A stretch of DNA of 32,000 nucleotides from Erysipelotrichaceae bacterium (GCA_963663995.1 OY760660.1:1500001-1532000), one strand, 5' to 3'. Counted from the stretch's first letter, positions 7,398-15,711 are shown. The notes: generated by a model from the letters alone, not told the origin. A program made the numbers and translations.

Positions 7398-9908
7398 TTA
7401 TAATCCGCACTTAAGTTGAGCATTACAGTTGGTACATGTATTACATCCACCAATTTCCTCAACGGTACCTTCTAAACAGATAGGACAGATATCACCAACT
7501 TCAACACCGATATTTCGATCTTGTCTGTCAGCTCTCAAATCTGTTTTCTTTTCTTCAGGTTGTTGTTCTTTGACATTAACACCGAAGTCATGAACTAAGT
7601 CCATTTGAGCCCAGTTGTTATCACTGTCATTAGTAAGTGTTAGAACTTGAGAATCACGTGATCCATCAACGTAAACAGTTCCACCTTTTGCTTTACCATC
7701 ATATAATCTTTGATAAATACGTTGTACTTGTCTTACTGAGAATCCACGAGGTGCATTAACTGTTTTAGAGATTGATGAATCAATCCATCTTTGAATTGCA
7801 CATTGAACATCAGCATGCTCTTCAGGAGCTAAGTCCATAGCTGCGACAAAGTAGTCAGGTAAATTTTCACGTGTATATTCAGGGTTAAGTTTCAAGAAGT
7901 CATCGACGATTTGGGCATTTACTTCAATGAATTTGCCTAAGCGTCCTGAACGATAATAACTGAATGAGAAGTAAGGTTCTAAACCAGTCGACACACCGAC
8001 CATAGTTCCGGTAGAACCAGTCGGAGCGATTGTTAATAAGTGTGAGTTACGGATACCGTGTTTTAGAACTTCTTGTCTAATTTCTTCACTCATTTCTTTC
8101 ATATAACCAGTGTTAATGAAATCTTCACGAGATTCTAAGAAAGGGAATGAACCTTTTTCAGAAGCTAATTTAATTGAAGTCATATAAGCGGCTTCAGCGA
8201 TCGTCTTAAAGACTTGATCAATAGTTTTTAATGATTCAGGTGAACCATAACGAGTACGTGACCAAATTAGTAAGTCATGTAAACCCATAACGCCTAAACC
8301 AACACGACGTTCGCCTAAAGCTTGTGTCTTATTAGGTTCTAAGAAATAAGGAGTATCATCGATAACGTTATCTTGCATACGTACGGTTAAGGAAACAGTA
8401 TTCGCTAATTCTTCATAGAGAATTTCGCCAGTTTCACGATTAACAAAGTTAGCTAGGTTTACAGCCGCTAAGTTACATACTGAATATGGAGCTAATGGTT
8501 GTTCGCCACAAGGGTTTGTTGCGACAACTTTTTGTCCATAAGATTTAGCGTTTGTCATATCGTTAGCATTATCAATGAAGAAGATACCAGGTTCTGCAGA
8601 ATAAGTCGCACAGAAGTTGATTAAATCCCAAAGATCGCGTGCTTTGATGGTGCGATAAACTTTAACAGGATATCCCATTTCAGCCCATTCACGAACATCA
8701 CCAATCTCATGCCATCTAAGATCATAAACTTCTTTTTCCTCTTTCGAGAAGTTTTGAAGGTCTGGGAAACGTAATTCGAAATCACCATCGTTTTTAACTG
8801 CATCCATGAATTCTTTGGTTAGGGTAACGGAAATGTTAGCACCAGTTAAGAATTCAGGGTTAAGTACTTCTAAAGTACCACCATCAGCTAGTTTTTCACG
8901 AGCGTGATTAATAATATGTTGAGCAGCAGTTTTGCTTTCAGCTAACTCTTCATACATTTCTCTTTCTAAACGAGAGAATTCTTTATATTTAATATGCTTT
9001 TCAGCTTCTTTACGAATTTGTTCATCATTTGAATTTTCAATAAGCCATTTTAAGACTTTAGCATTTTGCATTTTCGAAATAATGAATTCAATAATATCTG
9101 GATGCCAGTCAGCCATCATGATCATTTGAGCACCACGACGTGAGCCACCTTGTTCAACAAGATGAGTCAAGTTAGCTAAATCATTTAACCAACTAACCGC
9201 ACCAGATGATTTACCACCAACCCCTTTTGCAGGGGCACCTTTTGGACGTAGGGTAGAACCATTAGTCCCAACACCACCTCCACGTGACATGATTTCCATA
9301 ACCTCTTTACGATGTTCAGAAATACCACCACGTGAGTCATGCACAAATGGCATAACGAAGCAGTTGAAGTAAGTAACTTGTGTCCCAGAACCGGCACCAA
9401 ATAAAACACGTCCAGCAGGAATAGTGTTCATCTTTTCTAATTGTTCAGAAAAGAGTTTTCCAAATTTTACTTTATCATCATCAGACTTCTCAGTAGAGGC
9501 TAATGCGTTACCGACACGGCGTGCAATTTGTTCATAATATATTTCAACGGGTTTATCAACTTGATGTAGAGGACGCTTAATAAGGCCGGTTTCGGCTTCG
9601 ATTTCATCATCTAATGATCCTCTAAACTCTTCTTCAAGTACGATTGAAACGATTTCATTTTCAATAGCTTGAACAGTTCCAATACCGCGTGAAGGGAATT
9701 TAGGGTCTTCTTTTACAACTGTAACAACGATATCACCCACACCTAAAGTTTTATGACTACGGTCTTTTTGTGCATAACGGTCAAGCATGACTAAACGAGA
9801 CACACCTTGGTGACTTAAGTTATCATCCTTTTCAATTGGATAAATATGCGGAAAATGCGTACTGATGTCCGCATTCAGCTTTTGTACTGTTACATCTGAA
9901 TACTTCAT
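7398..9908 (-). CDS. nrdJ: Class II (adenosylcobalamin-dependent) ribonucleotide reductase
   Basis: 836 aa with the RNR active-site region TNPCGEQPL...CNL. There is no ATP-cone and no adjacent beta subunit gene. The Cys-rich C-terminal tail ICPICLEGTVEEIGGCNTCTNCNAQLKCGL is typical of class II enzymes. It lies next to B12 salvage genes. Confidence 0.9.
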   Translation of the reverse strand: MKYSDVTVQKLNADISTHFPHIYPIEKDDNLSHQGVSRLVMLDRYAQKDRSHKTLGVGDIVVTVVKEDPKFPSRGIGTVQAIENEIVSIVLEEEFRGSLDDEIEAETGLIKRPLHQVDKPVEIYYEQIARRVGNALASTEKSDDDKVKFGKLFSEQLEKMNTIPAGRVLFGAGSGTQVTYFNCFVMPFVHDSRGGISEHRKEVMEIMSRGGGVGTNGSTLRPKGAPAKGVGGKSSGAVSWLNDLANLTHLVEQGGSRRGAQMIMMADWHPDIIEFIISKMQNAKVLKWLIENSNDEQIRKEAEKHIKYKEFSRLEREMYEELAESKTAAQHIINHAREKLADGGTLEVLNPEFLTGANISVTLTKEFMDAVKNDGDFELRFPDLQNFSKEEKEVYDLRWHEIGDVREWAEMGYPVKVYRTIKARDLWDLINFCATYSAEPGIFFIDNANDMTNAKSYGQKVVATNPCGEQPLAPYSVCNLAAVNLANFVNRETGEILYEELANTVSLTVRMQDNVIDDTPYFLEPNKTQALGERRVGLGVMGLHDLLIWSRTRYGSPESLKTIDQVFKTIAEAAYMTSIKLASEKGSFPFLESREDFINTGYMKEMSEEIRQEVLKHGIRNSHLLTIAPTGSTGTMVGVSTGLEPYFSFSYYRSGRLGKFIEVNAQIVDDFLKLNPEYTRENLPDYFVAAMDLAPEEHADVQCAIQRWIDSSISKTVNAPRGFSVRQVQRIYQRLYDGKAKGGTVYVDGSRDSQVLTLTNDSDNNWAQMDLVHDFGVNVKEQQPEEKKTDLRADRQDRNIGVEVGDICPICLEGTVEEIGGCNTCTNCNAQLKCGL

Positions 9909-9984
9909 ATTAAAAACCCCTCTTGATTGATACGTTTTATTTTATCATGAACCCTTATATAGCATTCATGAAAATGATTTACAT

Positions 9985-10446
9985 TTATAACTCTTTTGAA
10001 AAAATATAATCTGATAATCGATTCATATATTTTAGTATATCTAAATTTATACTCTGTGATAATGAATAAGCAATGATAGTTCTCTCGACTGTACGAACCT
10101 TAGCTCTCAACACATGTAAATGAGCTTTTAATTCATCATCGAAAGGGAAAATAAATTGATGCGTTAAATTCTGTTTTTTTGCGATTTCATCTTCGAAATA
10201 GTGGATATGTTCATTTAAATCAATATCAACTAAGTAGCCTGAAAGAACACTACTTATTTGATAGAGGTCTTGAACAATCATTTCCCATTCCTGTTTATCA
10301 AGCTGATGTTTGGATTGGAAGTAAATGATCTCACTCGATAATACGTCTAACTCACCAATAAGGTTTATTAAAGGATCGCTTTTGGATAAGCGTTTATTTT
10401 TGATATCAGTTTGACCAGTGTCGCCTTTTTTAGTAGTGATTGTCAT
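9985..10446 (-). CDS. PduO-type ATP:cob(I)alamin adenosyltransferase
   Basis: The N-terminus TKKGDTGQTDI...RLSKSDPLINLIGELDVLSSEI matches the TxxGDxGxT / ExxGxxDEL pattern of PduO-type adenosyltransferases. 153 aa. Confidence 0.75.
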   Translation of the reverse strand: MTITTKKGDTGQTDIKNKRLSKSDPLINLIGELDVLSSEIIYFQSKHQLDKQEWEMIVQDLYQISSVLSGYLVDIDLNEHIHYFEDEIAKKQNLTHQFIFPFDDELKAHLHVLRAKVRTVERTIIAYSLSQSINLDILKYMNRLSDYIFSKEL

Positions 10447-10948
10447 ATTTTGCTTTTCTCATCAGCTTTTCTACAACTAAGTAGAGTGGCTTGTATAAGA
10501 GTATTATAAGGATATAATTGCTTGTTGCGTGAACTAAATCAAAAAGCAGGCCACGTATCCAATATATGTATCCCATCGTAAACCCATATAACAGTGCATT
10601 TTGAAGAGCGAATAGAAAGCCAAACATAAAACCAAACAAAGCTCCAAGAATGGCCCAAATTTGTTCTCTATCTCTTGAGAAAGCTTTAAATATTTGGACA
10701 ATAATCATCCATAATGTCCATATCCATAGGTAAGCAATAACCCAATCTCCAAAGCCCCAAACTAGTGCTTCTAAAATAGTGAATATAAAAACCACAATCA
10801 GCGACTCTTTCCAAGTAATAAATTGAGCAATGATCAAGAACCACAAGGTTACAAGTTCAACATTGGGAAGCGAGGCTGCAGCTATTTGTATCACAAAGGC
10901 GGTGGCGGCGATAAGGGCTAATAAGACCCAACGCTTTAAAGAACGCAT
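10430..10948 (-). CDS. Small polytopic membrane protein, ECF-transporter S-component-like (candidate cobalamin-specific, CbrT-like)
   Basis: 172 aa, about 5-6 TM segments, aromatic/Gly-rich. It sits between the DUF4430 and adenosyltransferase genes, downstream of a cobalamin riboswitch. The substrate assignment comes from context only. Confidence 0.45.
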   Translation of the reverse strand: MRSLKRWVLLALIAATAFVIQIAAASLPNVELVTLWFLIIAQFITWKESLIVVFIFTILEALVWGFGDWVIAYLWIWTLWMIIVQIFKAFSRDREQIWAILGALFGFMFGFLFALQNALLYGFTMGYIYWIRGLLFDLVHATSNYILIILLYKPLYLVVEKLMRKAKYDNHY

Positions 10949-10949
10949 T

Positions 10950-11396
10950 TTAGTAAGCTGAAGTAAAATCTAATTCAAAGCTATCTTGATCGTATATACT
11001 TTGTAAATCAATACCATTACAGAAACCAGCTTCGACACAATCTTTATTGTTTTCTGAGTTAACTAACCACCATGGGCCAGTACTCATATCTTCAGTCGCA
11101 TATTCATTAATAGATATAATCATACGACCCCAAGCATCTGATTTTTCACCACTGTAATCTAAACTAAGTTCGTCGTAGAATTCATCGACTTCATCCAGTA
11201 ATTCTCCCAGTGTTTCTGAATCTGTATGAACGGTTTCTTCAAAGACGACAACATCACCATTTTCATTATCAACTACGATTGATAGTTGAATATCTTTTTC
11301 CCCAGGCATGGTTGGGAAAATAATGGGTTTTAATGCGAAATAAACAACGGCTGCTAAAGTTAAAGCGATAATCGCTCTAATATAATTTTTCTTCAT
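10950..11396 (-). CDS. DUF4430-like (transcobalamin beta-domain-like) membrane-anchored protein
   Basis: N-terminal TM anchor (MKKNYIRAIIALTLAAVVYF) and a C-terminal WGRMIISINEY...GPWWLVNSENN...IYDQDSFELDF pattern. The start is set at the ATG at 11396 (RBS AAAGGA), not at 11426. It is the first gene after the cobalamin riboswitch. Confidence 0.6.
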   Translation of the reverse strand: MKKNYIRAIIALTLAAVVYFALKPIIFPTMPGEKDIQLSIVVDNENGDVVVFEETVHTDSETLGELLDEVDEFYDELSLDYSGEKSDAWGRMIISINEYATEDMSTGPWWLVNSENNKDCVEAGFCNGIDLQSIYDQDSFELDFTSAY

Positions 11397-11413
11397 ATAG
11401 GCACATCCTTTCA

Positions 11414-11650
11414 ATAAAAAACACATCCTTAAGATGTGTAAAAAAGACGGTTTGTGTCTTTTTATCTTAAGTCCCAGAAGATAATGGATTTGCTTTTGTT
11501 GGCAGGTCTACTGGCTGATCGTTCATCCTTTAAGCACCTTCCCGAAATTCTCTTTCAGTGGTATCTTGCTTATCGTCACGACCTACAGTTGCTGGGACAG
11601 CTTTGTTTATTACAAATTCCCTATTGAGCTCTTAGAGCACCAAAGTAAGC
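11414..11650 (-). promoter_or_regulatory. Cobalamin (B12) riboswitch with terminator/antiterminator expression platform
   Basis: The minus-strand RNA contains GGUGC...AAUAGGGAA, GCUGUCCCAGCAACUGUAGG, AGAUACCACUG, GGGAAGG and the B12 box AGCCAGUAGACCUGCC (11501-11516). It ends in the hairpin ACACAUC-UUAAG-GAUGUGU plus a U-run (11414-11439). A TATAAT -10 element lies on the minus strand at 11657-11662. Confidence 0.85.
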
Positions 11651-11702
11651 ATGTTAATTATAGAGCATATTGTGGTAAATTAATGTGAAATTTCATAAAA
11701 AC

Positions 11703-11730
11703 TTGACCCTTCTCTAAAAAAGCGTAAAAT
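11703..11730 (+). promoter_or_regulatory. Candidate sigma-A promoter of ispD
   Basis: TTGACC (11703-11708), 16-nt spacer, TAAAAT (11725-11730), 25 nt upstream of the ATG. Confidence 0.45.
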
Positions 11731-11755
11731 TCATAGCATAGTGGGTGATTGAAAA

Positions 11756-12397
11756 ATGAATTATTCCGTTGTAATTGCGGCTGCCGGTAAAGGGACTCGT
11801 ATGGGTCTAAAGTTCAATAAAATGTTCTTACCAATTGAAGGCGGCAAGACAATCCTAGAAAAAACTTTAAGTATCTTCTTAGATGATCCAAGATGTAAAC
11901 AAATCGTCATCGTAACAAATCCTGAGGATATTTCAAAACTGATCGACCGTTATGAAGAAGGTCGTATCGTTTATGTTATGGGGGGTAAAACCCGTCAAGA
12001 ATCTGTCTATCATGGTCTAAAAGCTGTGACTGAAGAGATCGTATTTGTTCATGATGGTGCACGTCCTTGGCTACCTTTAGCTGATATCAATAATTTATTA
12101 GAAGCGATGAAAACTGAAAAAGCAGCTATCTTAGGTGTTAAAGCTGTTCAAACGATTAAAGAAGTTCACGGGGGATATATTAAGAAAACAATCCCAAGAC
12201 AGTCTTTATATCATGCACAAACCCCACAAGCTTTCCATATTGGCTTGTTAATGGAATGTCATTTAAAAGCAGAAAAGGCTGGCTTCCATGCGACTGATGA
12301 TGCTCAACTCGTTGAAAACTTCTCGGCAATCCCGATTAAAATGGTTGAGGGATCTTATACGAATACCAAGATTACGACCATTCATGATTTAATCTAA
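11756..12397 (+). CDS. ispD: 2-C-methyl-D-erythritol 4-phosphate cytidylyltransferase (IspD/TarI family)
   Basis: N-terminus VVIAAAGKGTRMG, then VHDGARPW and TPQAF motifs. 213 aa. An IspD versus ribitol-5-P (TarI) function cannot be separated by eye. Confidence 0.75.
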   Translation: MNYSVVIAAAGKGTRMGLKFNKMFLPIEGGKTILEKTLSIFLDDPRCKQIVIVTNPEDISKLIDRYEEGRIVYVMGGKTRQESVYHGLKAVTEEIVFVHDGARPWLPLADINNLLEAMKTEKAAILGVKAVQTIKEVHGGYIKKTIPRQSLYHAQTPQAFHIGLLMECHLKAEKAGFHATDDAQLVENFSAIPIKMVEGSYTNTKITTIHDLI

Positions 12398-12399
12398 AA

Positions 12400-12418
12400 A
12401 AAGGAGCAATGCTCCTTT
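12400..12418. repeat. Left copy of the 19-bp direct repeat (target duplication) AAAGGAGCAATGCTCCTTT, itself a hairpin
   Basis: Identical 19-mer at 14005-14023. The asymmetric centre CAATG has the same orientation in both copies, so the repeat is direct, not inverted. Confidence 0.7.
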
Positions 12419-14004
12419 CAGACTGTCGACAAAATAGTTGGCAGTCTTTTTTAATGATTTGGTAAAATAGAGGTATCAAAGAGAGTATAAATCTATGATC
12501 ACTAAAACCAATCAAAAAGCAGAAGAGATGAGTGTCATCATCTTAGAGAATTTCATCCCAGAAAACCATCTACTACGGAAAATTAATCAATGGATTAACT
12601 TCCGTTTTATTTATGATTTAGTGGAACCCTTATATTCCAAGATTGGACGTCCTAGTATTGAACCAGTCATTCTCTTTAAACTTCTATTCATAAATCATTT
12701 GTATGGATACAACAGTATGAGAAGAACGATTGAAGAAACGAAAGTAAACTTAGCGTATCGTTGGTTTATTGGGCTTAGTGTAGATGAAAAGATACCTCAC
12801 TTCTCTGATTTCTCAAAGAACTATACACGTAAGTTCTCTCAAGAGATAGAAGTGATGCATCCTCTAACAGGTGTCATTGAAGTCAAGACGGTCTTCGCAG
12901 CTGTCTTTGATCAAATACTACTTCAAGCGCACGAGAAGGACTTTATTCGAGCGGCTCATATCTATATGGATTCAACCCATATTAAAGCGAATGCGAATAA
13001 ACGAAAATCAGAAGAAGTTAAGATTCTCGAAGAACGAAAACACTATCAAGATGCCTTAAATCAAGAGTGTGATGAGTATAGTGAATATAAAGGAATTAAG
13101 ATAGCTAAGGAACCCATTCTTAAAGAAAAACGAATCAAGCAAAGTACGGTTGATCCTGAGAGTGGAAACTTCCATAAAGGTGAACACGAGAAACAATTTG
13201 CTTATTTAGCGCAGACAGCCTGTGATGAGAATGGCTTTATTCTAGGGGTCAAAGTGAATCCAGGGAATCTTCATGACAGTACGACGTTTAGTGAAGCTTT
13301 TGATGAAGTCCATCAAGTCTATGGTCAAAACATACGAAGTATTGGACTAGATGCTGGGTATAAAGCACCCTATATCGCACGTGAGTTAATAGAACGAAAG
13401 ATTACGCCTTTAATGCCTTATAGTCGACCTAAAGGCAGAAAGAATAATGAAGATGAGTTGAAAGTCGTTAAGAAAGAATTTAAATATGATAAGAGTGCAG
13501 ATGTCTATCTTTGTCCACATGGAAAGCGTTTAAGTCCAAGAAGTATAAATAAAGAAACAGGTTATATCACTTATCGAAGTACCACAAAAGACTGTAAGAG
13601 CTGTCCACTCAGAGATCATTGTCTATCTAAAAGCAGTTCAACTAAAACGGTCCAAAGACATCTATGGCAGTCTTATATGGATGAAGTAGAAATGATCCGT
13701 CATACTTCATATCATTCGCTCTATTATCCCAAACGAAAACAAACCATTGAGCGTATCTTTGGGGATGGGAAAGAGAAACATGGACTAAGATATACCCGCT
13801 ATAAAGGACTCAAGAAGGTACAAGATTATACGTATCTGCTTTTCGCTTGTATGAATATGAAAAAAATAGCGATTTGGAGTGACCGTAAAGCACTCGCTAC
13901 CACACTTAATTCGCTGTTTTATTCATTTTTAAAGCCATTGATCCAAAGAAAAACGAGGTTATCGTTTTCTTTCAACGTTTAACCCCGTATTTGTCTACAG
14001 TCTG
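12419..14004 (+). mobile_element. IS1182-family insertion sequence (1586 bp)
   Basis: Imperfect terminal inverted repeats: CAGACTGTCGACAAAATA (left) and CAGACTGTAGACAAATA (reverse complement of the right end). It has a single DDE transposase ORF and is flanked by a 19-bp direct repeat. A hairpin plus T-run at 12420-12452 lies just inside the left end. Confidence 0.8.
12495..13982 (+). CDS. IS1182-family (IS5-like) DDE transposase
   Basis: The N-terminal domain (NHLLRKINQWINFRFIYDLVEPLYSKIGRPSIEPVILFKLLFINHLYGYNSMRRTIEE...LAYRWFIGL) is typical of IS1182/IS5 transposases. Also present are DSTHIKANAN, LDAGYK and a C-terminal ERIFGDGKEKHGLRYTRYKGLKKV motif. Confidence 0.85.
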   Translation: MITKTNQKAEEMSVIILENFIPENHLLRKINQWINFRFIYDLVEPLYSKIGRPSIEPVILFKLLFINHLYGYNSMRRTIEETKVNLAYRWFIGLSVDEKIPHFSDFSKNYTRKFSQEIEVMHPLTGVIEVKTVFAAVFDQILLQAHEKDFIRAAHIYMDSTHIKANANKRKSEEVKILEERKHYQDALNQECDEYSEYKGIKIAKEPILKEKRIKQSTVDPESGNFHKGEHEKQFAYLAQTACDENGFILGVKVNPGNLHDSTTFSEAFDEVHQVYGQNIRSIGLDAGYKAPYIARELIERKITPLMPYSRPKGRKNNEDELKVVKKEFKYDKSADVYLCPHGKRLSPRSINKETGYITYRSTTKDCKSCPLRDHCLSKSSSTKTVQRHLWQSYMDEVEMIRHTSYHSLYYPKRKQTIERIFGDGKEKHGLRYTRYKGLKKVQDYTYLLFACMNMKKIAIWSDRKALATTLNSLFYSFLKPLIQRKTRLSFSFNV

Positions 14005-14023
14005 AAAGGAGCAATGCTCCTTT
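14005..14023. repeat. Right copy of the 19-bp direct repeat; with the following T-run it forms an intact terminator hairpin
   Basis: AAAGGAGCAATGCTCCTTT followed by TTT. It lies directly downstream of the srlB stop codon (minus strand) at 14025-14027. Confidence 0.7.
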
Positions 14024-14024
14024 T

Positions 14025-14390
14025 TTATTGAATAAACTGAATTTCATCCCCGACATTAAGATCAGGTACTTTATAAGGACTCAATAATGCGGCACCAGCC
14101 ATCAGTTCAGTTCCTTCCTCTAAACCAAAGTAAAGAGAAATATGACCTAACTCATTTAATGTTGTGCCTGCAACTTCACCAATGTCTTCTACAGCATATT
14201 CAACATCACCAAACTTGATCTTGCTGCCTTTCTTTAAGAAGTCTAATGGTATTTGCATTTCTGTTTCGTGAATGACACAAACTTCTCTAAGTCCTGGAGG
14301 AGCAGTGTCATTGAATAGAATTAGAATAGGATAATCTTCAAAGAAATAATCTGGTCCTAAATCTGTGATTTTAGATTTTATAATACTCAT
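14025..14390 (-). CDS. srlB: PTS glucitol/sorbitol-specific EIIA component
   Basis: 121 aa. The pattern ...ILILFNDTAPPGLREVCVIHE...GDVEYAVEDIGEVAGTTLNELGHISLYF... matches the SrlB/GutB family. Confidence 0.85.
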   Translation of the reverse strand: MSIIKSKITDLGPDYFFEDYPILILFNDTAPPGLREVCVIHETEMQIPLDFLKKGSKIKFGDVEYAVEDIGEVAGTTLNELGHISLYFGLEEGTELMAGAALLSPYKVPDLNVGDEIQFIQ

Positions 14391-14394
14391 ACTA

Positions 14395-15639
14395 CTATCC
14401 TAACATTTCATCCTGCATTTTTCTAAGTTTCCATACAGTTGTTGATGTATCTAATGCTACATCTTCTTCACTAATGAAGGTTCCTTTAGCGATATCGCGT
14501 TTTGCGACAACATTTCCAGAAATTAAACCGATAGGAACTAAATTCTTTTCTTTAACAACAACGTGATCTTCAATTACACCACGTACACAGAAACCACCAA
14601 TACCATCTAGTCTTTCTCCAGCTTTAATGTCTTTTTTCGCAACAGCGACTGTATCAGATACTTGACCACATAATGGAACGATTGAATGTTCACCTTTAAG
14701 GACAGCTTTTGCGATTGAAATAGGTGTTTCAAGTGAACCTAAGTGATAAGGACGATAAATGATTTGATGATCATTGTCAGTTTTATTCATATAACGGAAT
14801 GTTTCATCAGCCATTTTTGTTTTAGCTTTAACGATAACGAATACACCAGGAGCAATACCATCGACATATTCGACACAGCCATAGTTATTAAGGACGCCAC
14901 CTTCATCTTTAGTACGAAGTTGGGCAACAGTTCCTTTTAAGTCACCAGATACACCATGCATACCTGTAACATCAGCTTTATAACCAATCGCATTGGATAA
15001 TAAAGTCATTTCAGCCATTGTTTTTGTACCATCAGCAAATGCAGCTAACATATGAGCTGCCATGTGACGATCTGATGCTTCTTGAGCAACCGTATCAGGA
15101 TTTGCTTCAATACGTAATTTGTTGTTTTTTCCTTTACCAGCAACAAGTACTTCCATACCCATTGATTTAGCGAATTCATATAATTCGAAGGTTGCGGCAG
15201 GTTCATCACCATCGGATCCTGTGTAGGATAGTCCGGCAGCTTGGAATAGTTTGTAAAGTAATGGACCAACTGTAATATCGATTTCTACATTAAGTAGAAC
15301 AACGTGCTTTTTAGAGATTAAGCACTCCATGCAGATTTTAGCACCGACTTCAGGAACGCCTGTTGCGTCAACTACAACATCCACATTTTCGTTTTGGATA
15401 ACTTCTCTAAAGTTTGTAGTTGTAAGTGTATCTACCTTAATTGTTGCATTATTTGCAAACTCTTCAGCAGCTTTCTTAGCGTTATCTAAGTTAATATCAC
15501 TAACACCTGTTACCACCATGCCTGGGATTGTAGCGATTTGAGAGATCATGCCTCGACCCATTTGGCCAGCACCGATAACTCCGACGCGAATTGGATTGTT
15601 ATTAGTTTCGCGTTCTAATAATTCTTGATAAATTGTCAT
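14395..15639 (-). CDS. NAD(P)-dependent oxidoreductase, homoserine-dehydrogenase-like with a C-terminal SAF domain (COG4091-type), copy 1
   Basis: Rossmann motif VGVIGAGQMGRGM at the N-terminus. C-terminal SAF-like part: VAVAKKDIKAGERLDGIGG...VAKRDIAKGTFIS. The start is moved to the ATG at 15639 (RBS GGAAAGG), which aligns with the start of the paralogue at 27323. The 47-codon extension in the ORF track covers the promoter. Confidence 0.7.
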   Translation of the reverse strand: MTIYQELLERETNNNPIRVGVIGAGQMGRGMISQIATIPGMVVTGVSDINLDNAKKAAEEFANNATIKVDTLTTTNFREVIQNENVDVVVDATGVPEVGAKICMECLISKKHVVLLNVEIDITVGPLLYKLFQAAGLSYTGSDGDEPAATFELYEFAKSMGMEVLVAGKGKNNKLRIEANPDTVAQEASDRHMAAHMLAAFADGTKTMAEMTLLSNAIGYKADVTGMHGVSGDLKGTVAQLRTKDEGGVLNNYGCVEYVDGIAPGVFVIVKAKTKMADETFRYMNKTDNDHQIIYRPYHLGSLETPISIAKAVLKGEHSIVPLCGQVSDTVAVAKKDIKAGERLDGIGGFCVRGVIEDHVVVKEKNLVPIGLISGNVVAKRDIAKGTFISEEDVALDTSTTVWKLRKMQDEMLG

Positions 15640-15669
15640 ATAGTTACCTTTCCATGATAAAGAATCATC

Positions 15670-15683
15670 TGTAAACGCCTTCA
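15670..15683. promoter_or_regulatory. cre-like (CcpA) site immediately downstream of the oxidoreductase/srlB promoter -10
   Basis: TGTAAACGCCTTCA has one mismatch to the TGWAANCGNTNWCA consensus. Confidence 0.4.
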
Positions 15684-15711
15684 TCATAGAACGATGATTT
15701 TTCGATGTCAA
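15683..15711 (-). promoter_or_regulatory. Sigma-A promoter for the oxidoreductase-srlB transcription unit
   Basis: On the minus strand: TTGACA (15711-15706), 17-nt spacer, TATGAT (15688-15683). Confidence 0.5.

Noticed and set aside
8621-9409. Three short ORFs (8621-8803 minus, 8932-9129 plus, 9185-9409 minus) inside the nrdJ coding region
   Set aside because: They lie wholly within a long, clearly homologous CDS, in other frames or on the other strand. Their composition is low-complexity and they have no RBS, so they are probably chance ORFs in AT-rich DNA.
9945-9971. NrdR box upstream of nrdJ
   Set aside because: Only the CTATATA core resembles the NrdR consensus. The flanking ACAC/GTGT arms are absent and there is no tandem second box, so it is reported only as an uncharacterised inverted repeat.
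11397-11426. Upstream ATG (11426) for the DUF4430 gene
   Set aside because: It would place the start inside the riboswitch terminator U-run and add a non-signal-like MCFLLKGCAY prefix. The ATG at 11396 has an RBS and begins a normal membrane anchor.
12871-13059. 62-aa ORF in another frame inside the transposase gene
   Set aside because: It is Arg/Lys-rich alternative-frame noise within a full-length transposase. There is no frameshift signal and none is needed, since the transposase ORF is uninterrupted.
14743-15541. Antisense or alternative-frame ORFs (14743-14940, 15045-15269, 15329-15541) inside oxidoreductase copy 1. Similar ORFs occur at 26626-26929 inside copy 2.
   Set aside because: They are embedded in well-supported genes. 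Their translated sequences are not protein-like and they lack translation signals.
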